Positions 1 through 10,708 of a stretch of DNA of 24,000 nucleotides are shown here, one piece after another. How positions within the stretch are numbered: the stretch's first letter is position 1; each line of letters opens with the position of its first letter. The notes below the pieces were generated by a model. That model ran no database searches. It was not told where the DNA came from and saw nothing but the letters and a program-made list of their open reading frames with translations. The stretch comes from Candidatus Azosocius aquiferis (GTDB taxonomy: Bacteria; Pseudomonadota; Gammaproteobacteria; UBA6186; Azoamicaceae), in assembly GCA_043390185.1 (NCBI GenBank), contig DAWERO010000001.1, positions 317,692 to 341,691 of the forward strand. The letters run 5' to 3'. The position numbers and the translations under genes are program-made.

Positions 1-67
1 TATCAATAACACTGACATATCCTCTTCTTCCAGGAGAAGTAGGATTATTTTTTTTTACAATAATCAT
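1..67 (-). CDS. rplB: 50S ribosomal protein L2, N-terminal fragment (runs off window edge)
   Basis: Manual translation of the minus strand from CAT at 65-67 gives MIIVKKNNPTSPGRRGYVSVID, matching the L2 N-terminus (M-x-V-x-x-x-x-PTSPGRR). Located directly downstream of rplW as in the S10 operon. Confidence 0.9.
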   Translation of the reverse strand, partial: MIIVKKNNPTSPGRRGYVSVID

Positions 68-77
68 AACCCACCCA

Positions 78-368
78 TCAAAATTCAGAAAAATTAATAC
101 TATAACCTTTTTTTAAAGAAACAATAGCTTTTTTAAAATCAGATCTTGTACCAATTTTTCCTTTAAATAATTTTATTTTTCCTTGTACATTAATAATTCT
201 AACGTTTTTTACCAAAACATTAAATATCGTTTCAACACTTTTTTTTATTTTATATTTATTTGAATATTTAGAAACTTTAAAAACAAAATGATTATATTTA
301 TCACTAAGAAAATTATTTTTTTCAGTAACATATTGAGAAATTAAATTAGAATATAAATTTTTATTCAT
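78..368 (-). CDS. rplW: 50S ribosomal protein L23
   Basis: 96-aa ORF with L23-like pattern (Y..TEKN..., F.V...KY.IKK.VE.IFNV.V..VR..N..GK.K..., KKAIV.L..G..I.F); between rplD and rplB. Confidence 0.93.
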   Translation of the reverse strand: MNKNLYSNLISQYVTEKNNFLSDKYNHFVFKVSKYSNKYKIKKSVETIFNVLVKNVRIINVQGKIKLFKGKIGTRSDFKKAIVSLKKGYSINFSEF

Positions 369-982
369 TTTAAAACCTCACAAAGATATTTCATAGCTTC
401 TTCAGTAACAACAATTTTATCATATTTTATTAAATTAACAGGATTAATAAAACATACATTTTGCAAAAAAATATTAAATAAATTCCTAGAAGATAATAAA
501 AATTCTTTATTATAATTTTTTGATAAAATTAACATAGTTTTAGCTTTAAATAAATCAAGAAATTTAACCACATTTTTAGTTTTAATATTATCAAAAATTA
601 TATCATTAATAATAATAAGCCTATCAGTTCTAATTAATTCAGAAAATATAGAACAAATACCTTTTTTATACATTTTACGATTAATTTTTTTATAATAATC
701 TCTAGGTTTAGAAGCAAATATAACTCCACCGCCACGCCAAAGAGGACTTCTTATAGTACCAGCTCTAGCTCTTCCTGTTCCTTTTTGTCTCCAAGGTTTA
801 ATTCCTCCACCCCTTACATCGCTTCTAGTTTTTTGAGCTTTTGTTCCAGAACGACCTCTAGATAAATAAGAAACAATAATTTGATGTATTAAATTATCAT
901 TATAAACAATATTAAAAATATTTGGAGAAACATTTAATTTTCCTATATTTTCTCCATAAAAATTAAACAAATTAAGGTCCAT
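365..982 (-). CDS. rplD: 50S ribosomal protein L4
   Basis: SRGRSGTKAQKTRSDVRGGGIKPWRQKGTGRARAGTIRSPLWRGGGVIFASKPRDY is a clear L4 signature; ATG start; overlaps rplW by 4 nt. Confidence 0.97.
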   Translation of the reverse strand: MDLNLFNFYGENIGKLNVSPNIFNIVYNDNLIHQIIVSYLSRGRSGTKAQKTRSDVRGGGIKPWRQKGTGRARAGTIRSPLWRGGGVIFASKPRDYYKKINRKMYKKGICSIFSELIRTDRLIIINDIIFDNIKTKNVVKFLDLFKAKTMLILSKNYNKEFLLSSRNLFNIFLQNVCFINPVNLIKYDKIVVTEEAMKYLCEVLK

Positions 983-989
983 AATTTAT

Positions 990-1667
990 TTAACCTCCTT
1001 TAAAAAATTTAGATTTATTTATTTTATAAATTTTATATGATTTTTTTATCAATATTACTGAACCAACAAATCCAGGAACAGCTCCTTTAACTAAAATATA
1101 TTTTTTTTCTAAATCTAATTTAATAATTTGTAAATTTTGTACAGTTACACGCTCATTTCCCATATGTCCAGACATTTTTTTACCTTTAAATACTCTGCCT
1201 GGAGTTTGACATTGACCTATAGATCCAGGAGCTCTATGAGATAAAGAATTACCATGTGACATTCTTTGTCTACTAAAATTATGTCTTTTAACAGTTCCAG
1301 CAAAACCTTTTCCTTTAGATATTCCTACAACATCAACAAATTCATTAACATTAAAAATAGATAAAGGGATTTCATCTCCTAATTTATAATCACAAACTGT
1401 AAAATAAAATTCCCATAATCCTATACCACTATTAATTCCAATTTTCTTAAATTGTCCTAATTTAGGTTTTGAAATATTTTTATCTTTAACCAATCCAGTG
1501 GTAACTTGAACTGCATTATAACCATTTTTTTCAATAGTTTTAATTTGAGTTATATAATTAAAACCAATTTCTAATAAAGAAACTGGAATTGATTCCCCAT
1601 TTTCAGAAAAAATTCTAGTCATTCCACGTTTTATTCCAACTAAACCCATTAACATATTTTTCACCAT
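990..1667 (-). CDS. rplC: 50S ribosomal protein L3 (true start probably internal to the track ORF 990..1697)
   Basis: GLVGIKRGMTRIFSENGESIPVSLLE, GKGFAGTVKRHNFSRQRMSHGNSLSHRAPGSIGQCQTPGRVFKGKKMSGHMGNERVTVQNL. The longest ORF overlaps rpsJ by 26 nt. Internal Met codons at about 1667, 1655 or 1649 fit the family N-terminus (M-x-GLVG) better. Confidence 0.93.
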   Translation of the reverse strand: MVKNMLMGLVGIKRGMTRIFSENGESIPVSLLEIGFNYITQIKTIEKNGYNAVQVTTGLVKDKNISKPKLGQFKKIGINSGIGLWEFYFTVCDYKLGDEIPLSIFNVNEFVDVVGISKGKGFAGTVKRHNFSRQRMSHGNSLSHRAPGSIGQCQTPGRVFKGKKMSGHMGNERVTVQNLQIIKLDLEKKYILVKGAVPGFVGSVILIKKSYKIYKINKSKFFKGG

Positions 1668-1671
1668 AAAA

Positions 1672-1992
1672 TTAACTAACTGAAATTTGAACATCAACCC
1701 CTGCAGCTAAATCAAGCTTCATTAATGCATCTACAGTTTTATCACTAGGATCACCAATAATTATTAAACGTTTATGAGTTTTTATTTCATATTGATCTCT
1801 AGCATCTTTATTAGCATGAGGAGATATTAATATAGTAAATCTTTCAATATTTGTAGGCATAGGAATTGGACCATTAACTCTAGCTCCTGTTCTTTTTGCT
1901 GTATCAACAATTTCTTTAGTAGACTTATCTATTAATTTATAATCGAAAGATTTTAATCTAATTTTTATACGTTGATTTTGTTTAACTAACAT
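1672..1992 (-). CDS. rpsJ: 30S ribosomal protein S10
   Basis: [42 protein letters not shown]...[20 protein letters not shown]...[23 protein letters not shown]; C-terminus of gammaproteobacterial type. Confidence 0.98.
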   Translation of the reverse strand: MLVKQNQRIKIRLKSFDYKLIDKSTKEIVDTAKRTGARVNGPIPMPTNIERFTILISPHANKDARDQYEIKTHKRLIIIGDPSDKTVDALMKLDLAAGVDVQISVS

Positions 1993-1997
1993 AATTT

Positions 1998-3176
1998 TTA
2001 CTCCAAAATTTTAGAAACAACACCAGCACCAACAGTTCTTCCTCCCTCTCTAACAGCAAATCTTAATCCATCTTCCATTGCTATTGGTGACATAAGTTTA
2101 ACATCAAATTTTATATTATCTCCAGGCATAACCATTTCTACATTTTCAGGTAAAATGATTTCACCAGTAACATCAGTAGTTCTAAAATAAAATTGTGGGC
2201 GATAACCTTTAAAAAAAGGTGTATGTCTACCACCTTCTTCTTTAGTCAAAATATAAACATTAGCTTCAAATTTTAAATGTGGTGTAATAGAATTAGGTTT
2301 TGCAAGAACTTGGCCTCTTTCAACATCATCTCTTTTTATGCCTCTCAATAACACCCCAACATTATCTCCAGCTCTACCTTCATCTAGCAATTTTCTAAAC
2401 ATTTCTACTCCAGTACAAACAGCTTTAACTGTATCTTTAATACCTATTATAGAAACTTCTTCACCAACTTTTACAACCCCTCTTTCTATTCTCCCTGTTA
2501 CAACAGTTCCTCTACCAGAAATAGAAAAAACATCTTCAATAGGTAATAAAAAAGGTTGATCTATTGCTCTTTGAGGAACAGGAAAATAATTATCTAAAGC
2601 ATCAACCAATTTTTCTATAGATTTAACTCCTAATTCACTATTATCACCTTCTTCTAAAGCTTTAGTTGCAGAGCCTATAATAAAAGGAACATCATCTCCA
2701 GGAAAATTATATAAACTCAATAATTCTCTTACTTCCATTTCCACTAAATCAATCAATTCATTATCATCTACCATATCAGCTTTATTTAAATAAACTACTA
2801 TATACGGAACTCCAACTTGTCTTGCCAACAATATATGTTCTCTAGTTTGAGGCATTGGACCATCAGCAGCAGATACAACTAATATAGCACCATCCATTTG
2901 TGCTGCTCCAGTAATCATATTTTTAACATAATCAGCATGACCAGGACAATCAACATGAGCATAATGACGCTTTTTAGATGAATATTCAACATGAGCAGTT
3001 GCTATAGTTATACCCCTCGCCCTTTCTTCAGGGGCAGCATCTATTTCTTCATATCTTTTATAAACCCCAAACCTCTTTGTTAACGCAGCAGTTAATGAAG
3101 TTTTTCCATGATCAACATGACCAATCGTACCAACATTTATATGCGGTAATACTCTTTCAAATTTTTCTTTAGCCAC
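1998..3176 (-). CDS. tuf: Elongation factor Tu
   Basis: [40 protein letters not shown], full-length 392 aa. Confidence 0.99.
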   Translation of the reverse strand: MAKEKFERVLPHINVGTIGHVDHGKTSLTAALTKRFGVYKRYEEIDAAPEERARGITIATAHVEYSSKKRHYAHVDCPGHADYVKNMITGAAQMDGAILVVSAADGPMPQTREHILLARQVGVPYIVVYLNKADMVDDNELIDLVEMEVRELLSLYNFPGDDVPFIIGSATKALEEGDNSELGVKSIEKLVDALDNYFPVPQRAIDQPFLLPIEDVFSISGRGTVVTGRIERGVVKVGEEVSIIGIKDTVKAVCTGVEMFRKLLDEGRAGDNVGVLLRGIKRDDVERGQVLAKPNSITPHLKFEANVYILTKEEGGRHTPFFKGYRPQFYFRTTDVTGEIILPENVEMVMPGDNIKFDVKLMSPIAMEDGLRFAVREGGRTVGAGVVSKILE

Positions 3177-3207
3177 TTTTAAAAATCCTTAAAATAATAT
3201 ATTCAAT

Positions 3208-5298
3208 CTATTTTTTTTTTATTACACTATTTAAAACACTATTTGGAGCAACAGAATATTTTTTAAATTCCATACTATATGTAGCTCTTCCTTGTGTAAA
3301 AGATCTCAAAGAAGTAGAATATCCAAATAATTCAGATAAAGGTACAATAGCATTAATTTTTTTTCCAGAAACACTATCATTCATACCTTGTATTATCCCT
3401 CTTCTTCTATTCAAATCTCCAACAACATCTCCCATATAAAAATCAGGAGTAACAACTTCAACTTGCATAATAGGTTCTAATAATATAGGACCAGCTTTAA
3501 TCATTGCAGCCTTTAAACATTTTGATCCAGCTAATTTAAAAGCAATTTCACTAGAATCAACATCATGATAAGACCCATCAAATAATGTAACTTTAATATC
3601 AACAACAGGATATCCAGCTAATATTCCATCTTTTATTTGTTCTTCAACACCTTTTTCAACAGCAGAAATATACTCTTTAGGAATTACTCCTCCAACTATT
3701 TTATTAAAAAATTGATACCCTTTCCCTAATTCTTGAGGTTCAACTTTTAACCAAACATGTCCATATTGTCCTCTACCCCCAGACTGTTTAATATGTTTAC
3801 CTTCTTGTTCAACAATTTTAGTAATTGTTTCTCTATAAGCTACTTGAGGATTACCAACTTTAACAAGAACATTAAATTCTCTTTTCAATCTATCAACAAT
3901 AATTTCTAAATGAAGTTCTCCCATTCCAGAAATAATAGTTTGTCCAGATTCAATATCAGTATGAATTCTAAAAGAAGGATCTTCTTGAGCTAATCTAGAA
4001 AGAGCAACTCCCATTTTTTCTTGATCTAACTTAGTATAAGGTTCTAAAGCAACAGATATAACAGGTTCAGGAAAATCCATTTTTTCTAATATAATAGTAT
4101 TAGAAATATCACATAAAGTATCACCGGTAACAGTATATTTTAATCCAACAGCAGCTACAATATCTCCAGACACTATTTCTTTAATCTCTTCTCTATTATT
4201 AGCATGCATTAATAATATTCTGCCAAATCTTTCTTTCTTATCTTTAACTGAATTAATAACTGTATCTCCAGATTTTAAACAACCAGAATAAACCCTAAGA
4301 TAAGTTATTGACCCAACAAAAGGATCAGTTGATATTTTAAAAGCTAAAGCAGAAAAAGGGTCATTATCATCTGATTTTCTAAATCCAATAGATCCATCTT
4401 TTAAAATACCACTTATAGAAGATATATCTTTAGGGGCTGGTAAATAATCAATAACAGTATCTAAAAGTAATTGTACACCTTTATTTTTAAAAGAAGATCC
4501 ACATATAACAGGAACTATTTCATTAGATATTGTTCTTAATCTAATACCAAATTTAATATCTTTTTCATCTAAATGCCCTTCGTGCAAATATTTTGCAATT
4601 AATTCATCAGAAGCTTCTGCTGCAATTTCTATTAAATTTTCTTTCATTTTAACACATTGTTCAATTAAATTATCAGGAATATTTTCAAATTTAAATACTA
4701 CTCCTTGATCATCAAAAGGCCAATAAACAGCTCTCATTTTTATAATATCAACTATTCCTATAAAATTTTCTTCATTACCAATAGGTAATTGTATAGGAAC
4801 AGCTATAGAATTTAATCTATCACTAATTTGTTCTAAAACATTAAAAAAATTTGCTCCAGCTCTATCCATCTTATTAATAAATGCTATACGAGGTACTTTA
4901 TACTTATTTGCTTGCCTCCAAACTGTTTCTGATTGAGGTTCAACACCACCAACAGCACAAAAAACAGCTACAGCTCCATCTAAAACTCTTAAAGATCTTT
5001 CTACTTCAATAGTAAAATCAACATGTCCAGGAGTGTCAATTATATTAATACGATGTTCAGAATATTGATTTTCTGTACCTTTCCAAAAACAAGTAGTTGC
5101 TGCAGAAGTTATAGTTATACCTCTTTCTTGTTCTTGTTCCATCCAATCCATAACTGCAGTACCATTATGAACTTCACCCATTTTATGAGAAACACCAGTA
5201 TAAAATAATATACGTTCAGTAGTTGTAGTTTTTCCAGCATCAATATGAGCCATTATACCTATGTTTCTATAATTATTTAATTGTGTTTTTCTAGCCAT
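3208..5298 (-). CDS. fusA: Elongation factor G
   Basis: [75 protein letters not shown]; 696 aa. Confidence 0.99.
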   Translation of the reverse strand: MARKTQLNNYRNIGIMAHIDAGKTTTTERILFYTGVSHKMGEVHNGTAVMDWMEQEQERGITITSAATTCFWKGTENQYSEHRINIIDTPGHVDFTIEVERSLRVLDGAVAVFCAVGGVEPQSETVWRQANKYKVPRIAFINKMDRAGANFFNVLEQISDRLNSIAVPIQLPIGNEENFIGIVDIIKMRAVYWPFDDQGVVFKFENIPDNLIEQCVKMKENLIEIAAEASDELIAKYLHEGHLDEKDIKFGIRLRTISNEIVPVICGSSFKNKGVQLLLDTVIDYLPAPKDISSISGILKDGSIGFRKSDDNDPFSALAFKISTDPFVGSITYLRVYSGCLKSGDTVINSVKDKKERFGRILLMHANNREEIKEIVSGDIVAAVGLKYTVTGDTLCDISNTIILEKMDFPEPVISVALEPYTKLDQEKMGVALSRLAQEDPSFRIHTDIESGQTIISGMGELHLEIIVDRLKREFNVLVKVGNPQVAYRETITKIVEQEGKHIKQSGGRGQYGHVWLKVEPQELGKGYQFFNKIVGGVIPKEYISAVEKGVEEQIKDGILAGYPVVDIKVTLFDGSYHDVDSSEIAFKLAGSKCLKAAMIKAGPILLEPIMQVEVVTPDFYMGDVVGDLNRRRGIIQGMNDSVSGKKINAIVPLSELFGYSTSLRSFTQGRATYSMEFKKYSVAPNSVLNSVIKKK

Positions 5299-5326
5299 TA
5301 TTTAACAACTTCCAATAAAATAAAAA

Positions 5327-5824
5327 TTACCATCTATAATGAGAGAATGCTTTATTAGCTTCAGCCATACGATGAGTATCTTCTCGCTTTTTAATTGCTC
5401 CTCCCTTACCTTTACTATTTCCAACAAAACTATCTTCATTTGAAGCATCTAAAATTTCAGAAGCAAGTTTTAACAACATACCTTTTTCATTACGTTTTCT
5501 AGAATATTCAACTAACCAACGCATACTTAAAGAAAAAGCTCGTTCAGGTCTAATTTCAACAGGAACTTGATAGGTAGCCCCTCCAACACGTCTTGCTCTT
5601 ACTTCAACAATTGGCTTAATATTATCCAATGCTCTTTTAAAAATTATTAATTCATTTTCTTCAGATTTATTTTTTATAATATTCAAAGCCCCATATACAA
5701 TTTTCTCTGCTACAGATTTTTTTCCATCATGCATAAGATAATTAATAAATTTAGCTAATATTTTACTACTATATATACAATCTGGTTGTATTACACGCTT
5801 AACAATAACACGCCTTCTTGACAT
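5327..5824 (-). CDS. rpsG: 30S ribosomal protein S7
   Basis: MSRRR...[24 protein letters not shown]...[31 protein letters not shown]...[28 protein letters not shown]. Confidence 0.98.
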   Translation of the reverse strand: MSRRRVIVKRVIQPDCIYSSKILAKFINYLMHDGKKSVAEKIVYGALNIIKNKSEENELIIFKRALDNIKPIVEVRARRVGGATYQVPVEIRPERAFSLSMRWLVEYSRKRNEKGMLLKLASEILDASNEDSFVGNSKGKGGAIKKREDTHRMAEANKAFSHYRW

Positions 5825-5838
5825 TTATTTTTCCAAAT

Positions 5839-6216
5839 TTATTTAGTTTTAACACTTTTTGTTCCATATCTAGAACGAGATTGCTTTCTTCCAGATACAC
5901 CACTAGCATCTAAAGCACCCCTAACAACTTTATACCTAACTCCAGGTAAATCTTTTACTCTACCTCCACGAATCAAAACAACAGAATGCTCTTGTAAATT
6001 ATGACCCTCTCCCTGAATATAAGCTGTTATTTCATGCCCTCCTGAAACTTTAACTCTACAAACTTTTCTCAAAGCAGAATTAGGTTTTTTAGGAGTTGTA
6101 GTATAAACACGAATACAAACACCACGTTTTTGTGGGCAACCTTGTAAAGCTGGAACTTTTTTTTTAGATAAGGTTTTTATACGCCCTTTACGAACTAATT
6201 GATTTATTGTTACCAT
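5839..6216 (-). CDS. rpsL: 30S ribosomal protein S12
   Basis: [12 protein letters not shown]...[82 protein letters not shown]. Confidence 0.99.
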   Translation of the reverse strand: MVTINQLVRKGRIKTLSKKKVPALQGCPQKRGVCIRVYTTTPKKPNSALRKVCRVKVSGGHEITAYIQGEGHNLQEHSVVLIRGGRVKDLPGVRYKVVRGALDASGVSGRKQSRSRYGTKSVKTK

Positions 6217-6424
6217 AACAATAAAGTCCTCATTTTACTTTATAAATTCTATTAAATAATAAAGTATTTTATATTAGATAAAAAATTATGTCAAACACTT
6301 TATACAATAAAAAAATAATATAATTTTATAAAAAAAAAATAAATAACAAAATAAATTATTTTATAAAACCTTGAATTAATAATTTAATCTGATATAATAA
6401 AATAATAAAAAAAGGAAATAATAT

Positions 6425-6634
6425 ATGAAAAAAAAAAACGAAAATGAATATAAAAATATAATAATTAAATGTTCGTGTGGTAACAATTTTTCAACAAAAT
6501 CTACTATTAAAAAAGCAATTTTGAATGTTGAAATATGCAGTGAATGTCATCCTTTTTATACAAAAAAACAAAAAATAATAGATACAGAAAAAAGAGTTGA
6601 TAATTTTAATAAAAAATTTAATTATAATAAATGA
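6425..6634 (+). CDS. rpmE: 50S ribosomal protein L31 (zinc-binding type)
   Basis: [52 protein letters not shown]: CxC...CxxC L31 signature. Confidence 0.95.
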   Translation: MKKKNENEYKNIIIKCSCGNNFSTKSTIKKAILNVEICSECHPFYTKKQKIIDTEKRVDNFNKKFNYNK

Positions 6635-7839
6635 AAATAATAAGACAAGCTTTACTTTATCATCAATTTCCTCAACCTGGAAAAATAGAAATAAAAATAA
6701 CAAAAAATTTAAATTCTACAAAACACATTAAGCTCGCTTATACCCCAGGTGTAGCATATCCAGTAATAGAAATAAATAAAAATTTAAATAATATATATAA
6801 ATATACTGCAAAAGGAAATTTAGTAGCAATCATATCAAATGGAACAGCCATTTTAGGTTTAGGAAATTTAGGTCCTGAAGCAAGCAAACCAGTTATGGAA
6901 GGTAAAGCTATATTATTTAAATATTTTTCTAATATAGATGCTTTTGATATAGAAATAAAAACAAAAAATTATCAAAAATTTATTGAAACAGTTATTAATA
7001 TTTCTCCAACTTTTGGCGGAATAAATTTAGAAGATATAAAAGCTCCAGAATGCTTCGAGATAGAAAAAATTTTAAAAAACAAATTAAAAATACCAATATT
7101 TCATGATGATCAACATGGAACTGCTATAATAATAACTTCAGCATTATTAAACTCTCTTTTTATACAACAAAAAAAAATAAAAAAATGTAAAATTGTATTA
7201 ATTGGAGCTGGTGCAGCAGGAATTGCAACAGCAAAATTACTATTAAAAACAGGCATTAAAAAACAAAATATAAATATAATAGACACTAAAGGAATAATTA
7301 ATAAAGAAAGAACAGATTTAAATATATATAAAAAAAAATTAGCCACTAAAACAAATGCAAAAAAAATTGAAGATATAATAAAAAAAATAGATATCATTAT
7401 AGGAGTAGCTTCAGCAAATATATTATCTATTCATCATATAAAAAATTTAAAAAAAAATACAATAGTATTTGCACTCTCTAATCCAAATCCTGAAATAAAT
7501 CCAATAATAATATATAAAAATAGACCAGATATTATTTTAGCAACAGGAAGAAGTGATTATAAAAATCAAGTAAATAATGCATTATGTTTTCCATATATTT
7601 TTAAAGGACTTTTAAACTTAAAAATAAATTTTATAAGTTGTTACATAAAAAAAATAGTAATACATTCAATAAAAAATATTGCAAGAAAATCAATAAAAAA
7701 TAAAACACAAAAATATAAAAATATAAATTTTGGTAATAAATATATAATTCCTCTTTTAACTGATAAAAGATTAAAAATAGAAATACCTTTAGCAATAAAA
7801 AATAAAATATCTATAAATCAGAACCAAAACCTAAATTAA
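6631..7839 (+). CDS. maeB: Malic enzyme, catalytic core only (NADP-dependent MaeB-like, no C-terminal phosphotransacetylase-like domain)
   Basis: [119 protein letters not shown]; ends shortly after [15 protein letters not shown] overlap with rpmE. Confidence 0.92.
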   Translation: MKIIRQALLYHQFPQPGKIEIKITKNLNSTKHIKLAYTPGVAYPVIEINKNLNNIYKYTAKGNLVAIISNGTAILGLGNLGPEASKPVMEGKAILFKYFSNIDAFDIEIKTKNYQKFIETVINISPTFGGINLEDIKAPECFEIEKILKNKLKIPIFHDDQHGTAIIITSALLNSLFIQQKKIKKCKIVLIGAGAAGIATAKLLLKTGIKKQNINIIDTKGIINKERTDLNIYKKKLATKTNAKKIEDIIKKIDIIIGVASANILSIHHIKNLKKNTIVFALSNPNPEINPIIIYKNRPDIILATGRSDYKNQVNNALCFPYIFKGLLNLKINFISCYIKKIVIHSIKNIARKSIKNKTQKYKNINFGNKYIIPLLTDKRLKIEIPLAIKNKISINQNQNLN

Positions 7840-9133
7840 CAAAAAAAGATATAAATTCTTTGTTTCTATATATATCTAAAAGACATGTATCTCCAGGTCT
7901 CAATTTAACAATATTTTGAACAGCTTCATGAGTACTTTTAACATATTTTCCATTAATTTTAAAAATTATATCTCCAGGATATATACCAGCTTTAGAAGCC
8001 GGACTATTAGAAATAACAGAATGTACATAAACACCAATATTTTTATCATAATTTATTAATTCAATTATATCCCAAGATAATTCTGCAAGATATACTCCCA
8101 AATATCCTCTTTCAGCTTGTCCTTCATCAATTAATTGATGAATTATTATTTTTGCTATATCTATAGGTATAGCAAAACCTAATCCATGACTTCCCCCAGA
8201 TTTAGAAATAATAGCCATATTAATACCTATTAAATTTCCATATAAATCTATTAAAGCCCCACCAGAATTACCAGGATTTATAGCCGCATCAGTTTGTATC
8301 AAATTATCCAATAACCCTATAAATGGAATTTCTGAGTCATTAGTTCTAAATCTGACAGAACCTAAAGCACTTACTATACCTTGCGTAACTGTATTATCAA
8401 ATCCAAAAGGGTTTCCTATTGCTAAAACAACATCGCCAACCTCTAAACTACAAGAATTTCCTATACCTATAACAGGAAAATCAAAAATAAAAGAATTATC
8501 AAGTATTTTTAAAACAGCTAAATCTGTTTTAGAATCAAAACCTATAACATCAACTTCGCTTTCTCTTCCATCATATAATTTTGCAATAATAAAACAAGAA
8601 TCTTTTATAACATGATAATTTGTCAAAATATATCCATTACTATTAATCAGAACACCAGAGCCTAAACCATGTTGATAAAAATCATTCATATCAAAATCTT
8701 CACTTTTTTCAACATTTTTAATAAAATAATTAACAAAATTAAAATTATTATCAAAAAATTCGTAATAACAATTATTATTTAACAAAAATTTATTATTTTT
8801 AAATTCATTAAAACTATTATTATAAACATAATCATTAATATTAACATTATTATTAAAAATTTCATCAGCTATAATATTTGCTCCATCAAACATATATTGA
8901 AAAAAAGAATCAGCAAAAATAAAATAATTATCATGCAAAATCTTTTCTGTTGTTTGAATACTAACAACAGACAAAGCAGCAATACTAACAGGACTACTAT
9001 AAGATAAAAAATCTTTATGAAAATGCTTCTTATTAAAACCATAAGAAGAAAAACATACATTACAATAAAAAATCAAAATAAAAAAAACAATTTTAAATAT
9101 ACAACTAAAATAAAAATTTAAATTTTTTAACAT
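7811..9133 (-). CDS. Periplasmic/exported trypsin-like serine protease of the DegP/DegQ/DegS (HtrA) family with a single PDZ domain
   Basis: Hydrophobic N-terminal signal; catalytic triad motifs TNYHVI, DSKTDLAVLKI and NPGNSGGALI; one C-terminal PDZ (GYLGV...V.SNSPASKAGIYPGDIIFKINGK). Cannot confidently choose between degP, degQ and degS. Confidence 0.92.
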   Translation of the reverse strand: MLKNLNFYFSCIFKIVFFILIFYCNVCFSSYGFNKKHFHKDFLSYSSPVSIAALSVVSIQTTEKILHDNYFIFADSFFQYMFDGANIIADEIFNNNVNINDYVYNNSFNEFKNNKFLLNNNCYYEFFDNNFNFVNYFIKNVEKSEDFDMNDFYQHGLGSGVLINSNGYILTNYHVIKDSCFIIAKLYDGRESEVDVIGFDSKTDLAVLKILDNSFIFDFPVIGIGNSCSLEVGDVVLAIGNPFGFDNTVTQGIVSALGSVRFRTNDSEIPFIGLLDNLIQTDAAINPGNSGGALIDLYGNLIGINMAIISKSGGSHGLGFAIPIDIAKIIIHQLIDEGQAERGYLGVYLAELSWDIIELINYDKNIGVYVHSVISNSPASKAGIYPGDIIFKINGKYVKSTHEAVQNIVKLRPGDTCLLDIYRNKEFISFFVNLGFGSDL

Positions 9134-9278
9134 ATAAAAATAAACCCATATATTTTAAATTACTAAAGATGAAATTTTTTTTATATTTTATATAAAATAT
9201 AAAAAATATAAAACTTTATTTACAAATATTATAAATTATGACAATATAAAAAATAGAATATTAAATTAGGAAAAAATA

Positions 9279-9434
9279 ATGATAAAAGAAAACAAATCAA
9301 TAATCATTAATAAAAAAAACATAAATATTTCATGTCCAAATGAAACAAATAAAACGATTGGACACCCTAAAATTTTTCTAAATTCTCCAAATTTAACATG
9401 TAAGTACTGCAACACAACATATATTATAAAATAA
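9279..9434 (+). CDS. Small CHCC zinc-finger domain protein (zf-CHCC / NDUFS6-like), 51 aa; absent from the supplied ORF track
   Basis: Manual translation: MIKENKSIIINKKNINISCPNETNKTIGHPKIFLNSPNLTCKYCNTTYIIK*. C-P-x8-H-P-x-I-F/V-L ... C-x-Y-C-x-T-x-Y is the zf-CHCC pattern. Stop codon directly abuts the hemL stop at 9435. Confidence 0.8.
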   Translation: MIKENKSIIINKKNINISCPNETNKTIGHPKIFLNSPNLTCKYCNTTYIIK

Positions 9435-10691
9435 TTAATTTAATTCTGAAAAAGCAATATCTATTTTTTTTATTGTTTCATAAATAATTGAATCTGAATG
9501 AGAAAAAGTTAAAAAACAAGTTTCATATTTTGATGGAGGTAGATATATTCCAGATGATAAATTTTTTTTAAAAAATTTTCTAAATCTTATATCATCTTCA
9601 TCATTTTTAAATTTATATCCAAACATTCCACAAGAATATTCAATATCTAAATCTATTTTATATTTTTTTGCACACTTTTTAATTTCATCATAAAGAAAAA
9701 AAGTATTTTTTTCTAAAATTTCATATAAATAAAAATTATCTAAACAATATTTAATAGTTTCATAACCAGCTTTCATAGTTATAGGATTTCCAGCCATAGT
9801 TCCACCATGATAAACATTTCCAATTGGTGACAAATACTCCATAATATTTTTTTTCCCACCAAGAATACCCAAAGAAAATCCTCCGCCAGCTATTTTTCCC
9901 AAACAAGTTAAATCAGAAAAAACATTATATTTTTCTTGTATTCCAGATAAACTAACTCTAAAACCAGTAACAATTTCATCAAAAATTAAAATAGAAGAAT
10001 ATTTATCACATAATTCTCTCAATTTTAATAAAAAATTTTTACAAGGTAAAATCAAATTCATATTTGCAACAATTGGTTCTAATATAACACATGCTATATT
10101 ATTACCATAATTTTCAAACAATTTAATGACAGAATTAATATCATTAAATTCTGCTATCATAGTTTTTTCAACAAATGAATTTAATATGCCATCACTAAAA
10201 AAATTAGAATGAGTTAAAACTCCAGACCCAGATTTTACTAATAAACTATCACTATGTCCATGATAACAACCATTAAATTTAATAATTATTTCTTTTTTAG
10301 TAACAGCACGAGACAGACGTATTGCTGTCATAGTTGCTTCTGTTCCAGAACTCATCATTCTAACCATTTCTATAGATTTATATAAACTTATAATAAGTTT
10401 TGCAAAAGAAATTTCAATTTTAGTATTTGATCCATAACTAAAACCTTTATCAAGTTTTTTTTTAATTTTTGATAAAATTTCAGAATTACCATGACCTAAA
10501 ATATTCCCCCCCCAAGAACAAATATAATCAATATACTTATTTTCATCTACATCAAATAAAAAAGGACCCTTACCTTTATCTATAAAAATAGGATCACATA
10601 AAATATTATTAAAAGATCTAACTGGAGAGTTGACCCCACCAGGGATTAAATTTTTTGATAAACTATACAAAAAAGAAGAATTTTCAAACAT
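9435..10691 (-). CDS. hemL: Glutamate-1-semialdehyde 2,1-aminomutase
   Basis: LIPGGVNSPVRSF, MVRMMSSGTEATMTAIRLSRAVT(K), FNGCYHGHSD, LIFDEIVTGFRV, LGKIAGGG (PLP lysine), VYHGGTMAGNPITMKAG. Confidence 0.96.
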   Translation of the reverse strand: MFENSSFLYSLSKNLIPGGVNSPVRSFNNILCDPIFIDKGKGPFLFDVDENKYIDYICSWGGNILGHGNSEILSKIKKKLDKGFSYGSNTKIEISFAKLIISLYKSIEMVRMMSSGTEATMTAIRLSRAVTKKEIIIKFNGCYHGHSDSLLVKSGSGVLTHSNFFSDGILNSFVEKTMIAEFNDINSVIKLFENYGNNIACVILEPIVANMNLILPCKNFLLKLRELCDKYSSILIFDEIVTGFRVSLSGIQEKYNVFSDLTCLGKIAGGGFSLGILGGKKNIMEYLSPIGNVYHGGTMAGNPITMKAGYETIKYCLDNFYLYEILEKNTFFLYDEIKKCAKKYKIDLDIEYSCGMFGYKFKNDEDDIRFRKFFKKNLSSGIYLPPSKYETCFLTFSHSDSIIYETIKKIDIAFSELN

Positions 10692-10708
10692 AAAATACTC
10701 TAAAAAAA

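Noticed and set aside
2338-2559. 73-aa plus-strand ORF inside tuf
   Set aside because: Fully antisense to the well-supported tuf coding sequence; Pro/Thr-rich shadow ORF with no family features.
5023-5208. 61-aa plus-strand ORF inside fusA
   Set aside because: Antisense shadow of conserved fusA coding sequence.
6491-6703. 70-aa minus-strand ORF opposite rpmE/maeB
   Set aside because: Phe-rich antisense of A-rich coding sequence; no start context or family signal.
7110-7397. 95-aa minus-strand ORF opposite maeB
   Set aside because: Antisense shadow of the malic enzyme NAD-binding domain.
8869-9060. 63-aa plus-strand or antisense hydrophobic ORF at the 5' end of the HtrA-family gene
   Set aside because: Overlaps the N-terminal coding region of a better-supported protein in another frame; hydrophobicity explained by T-rich sequence.
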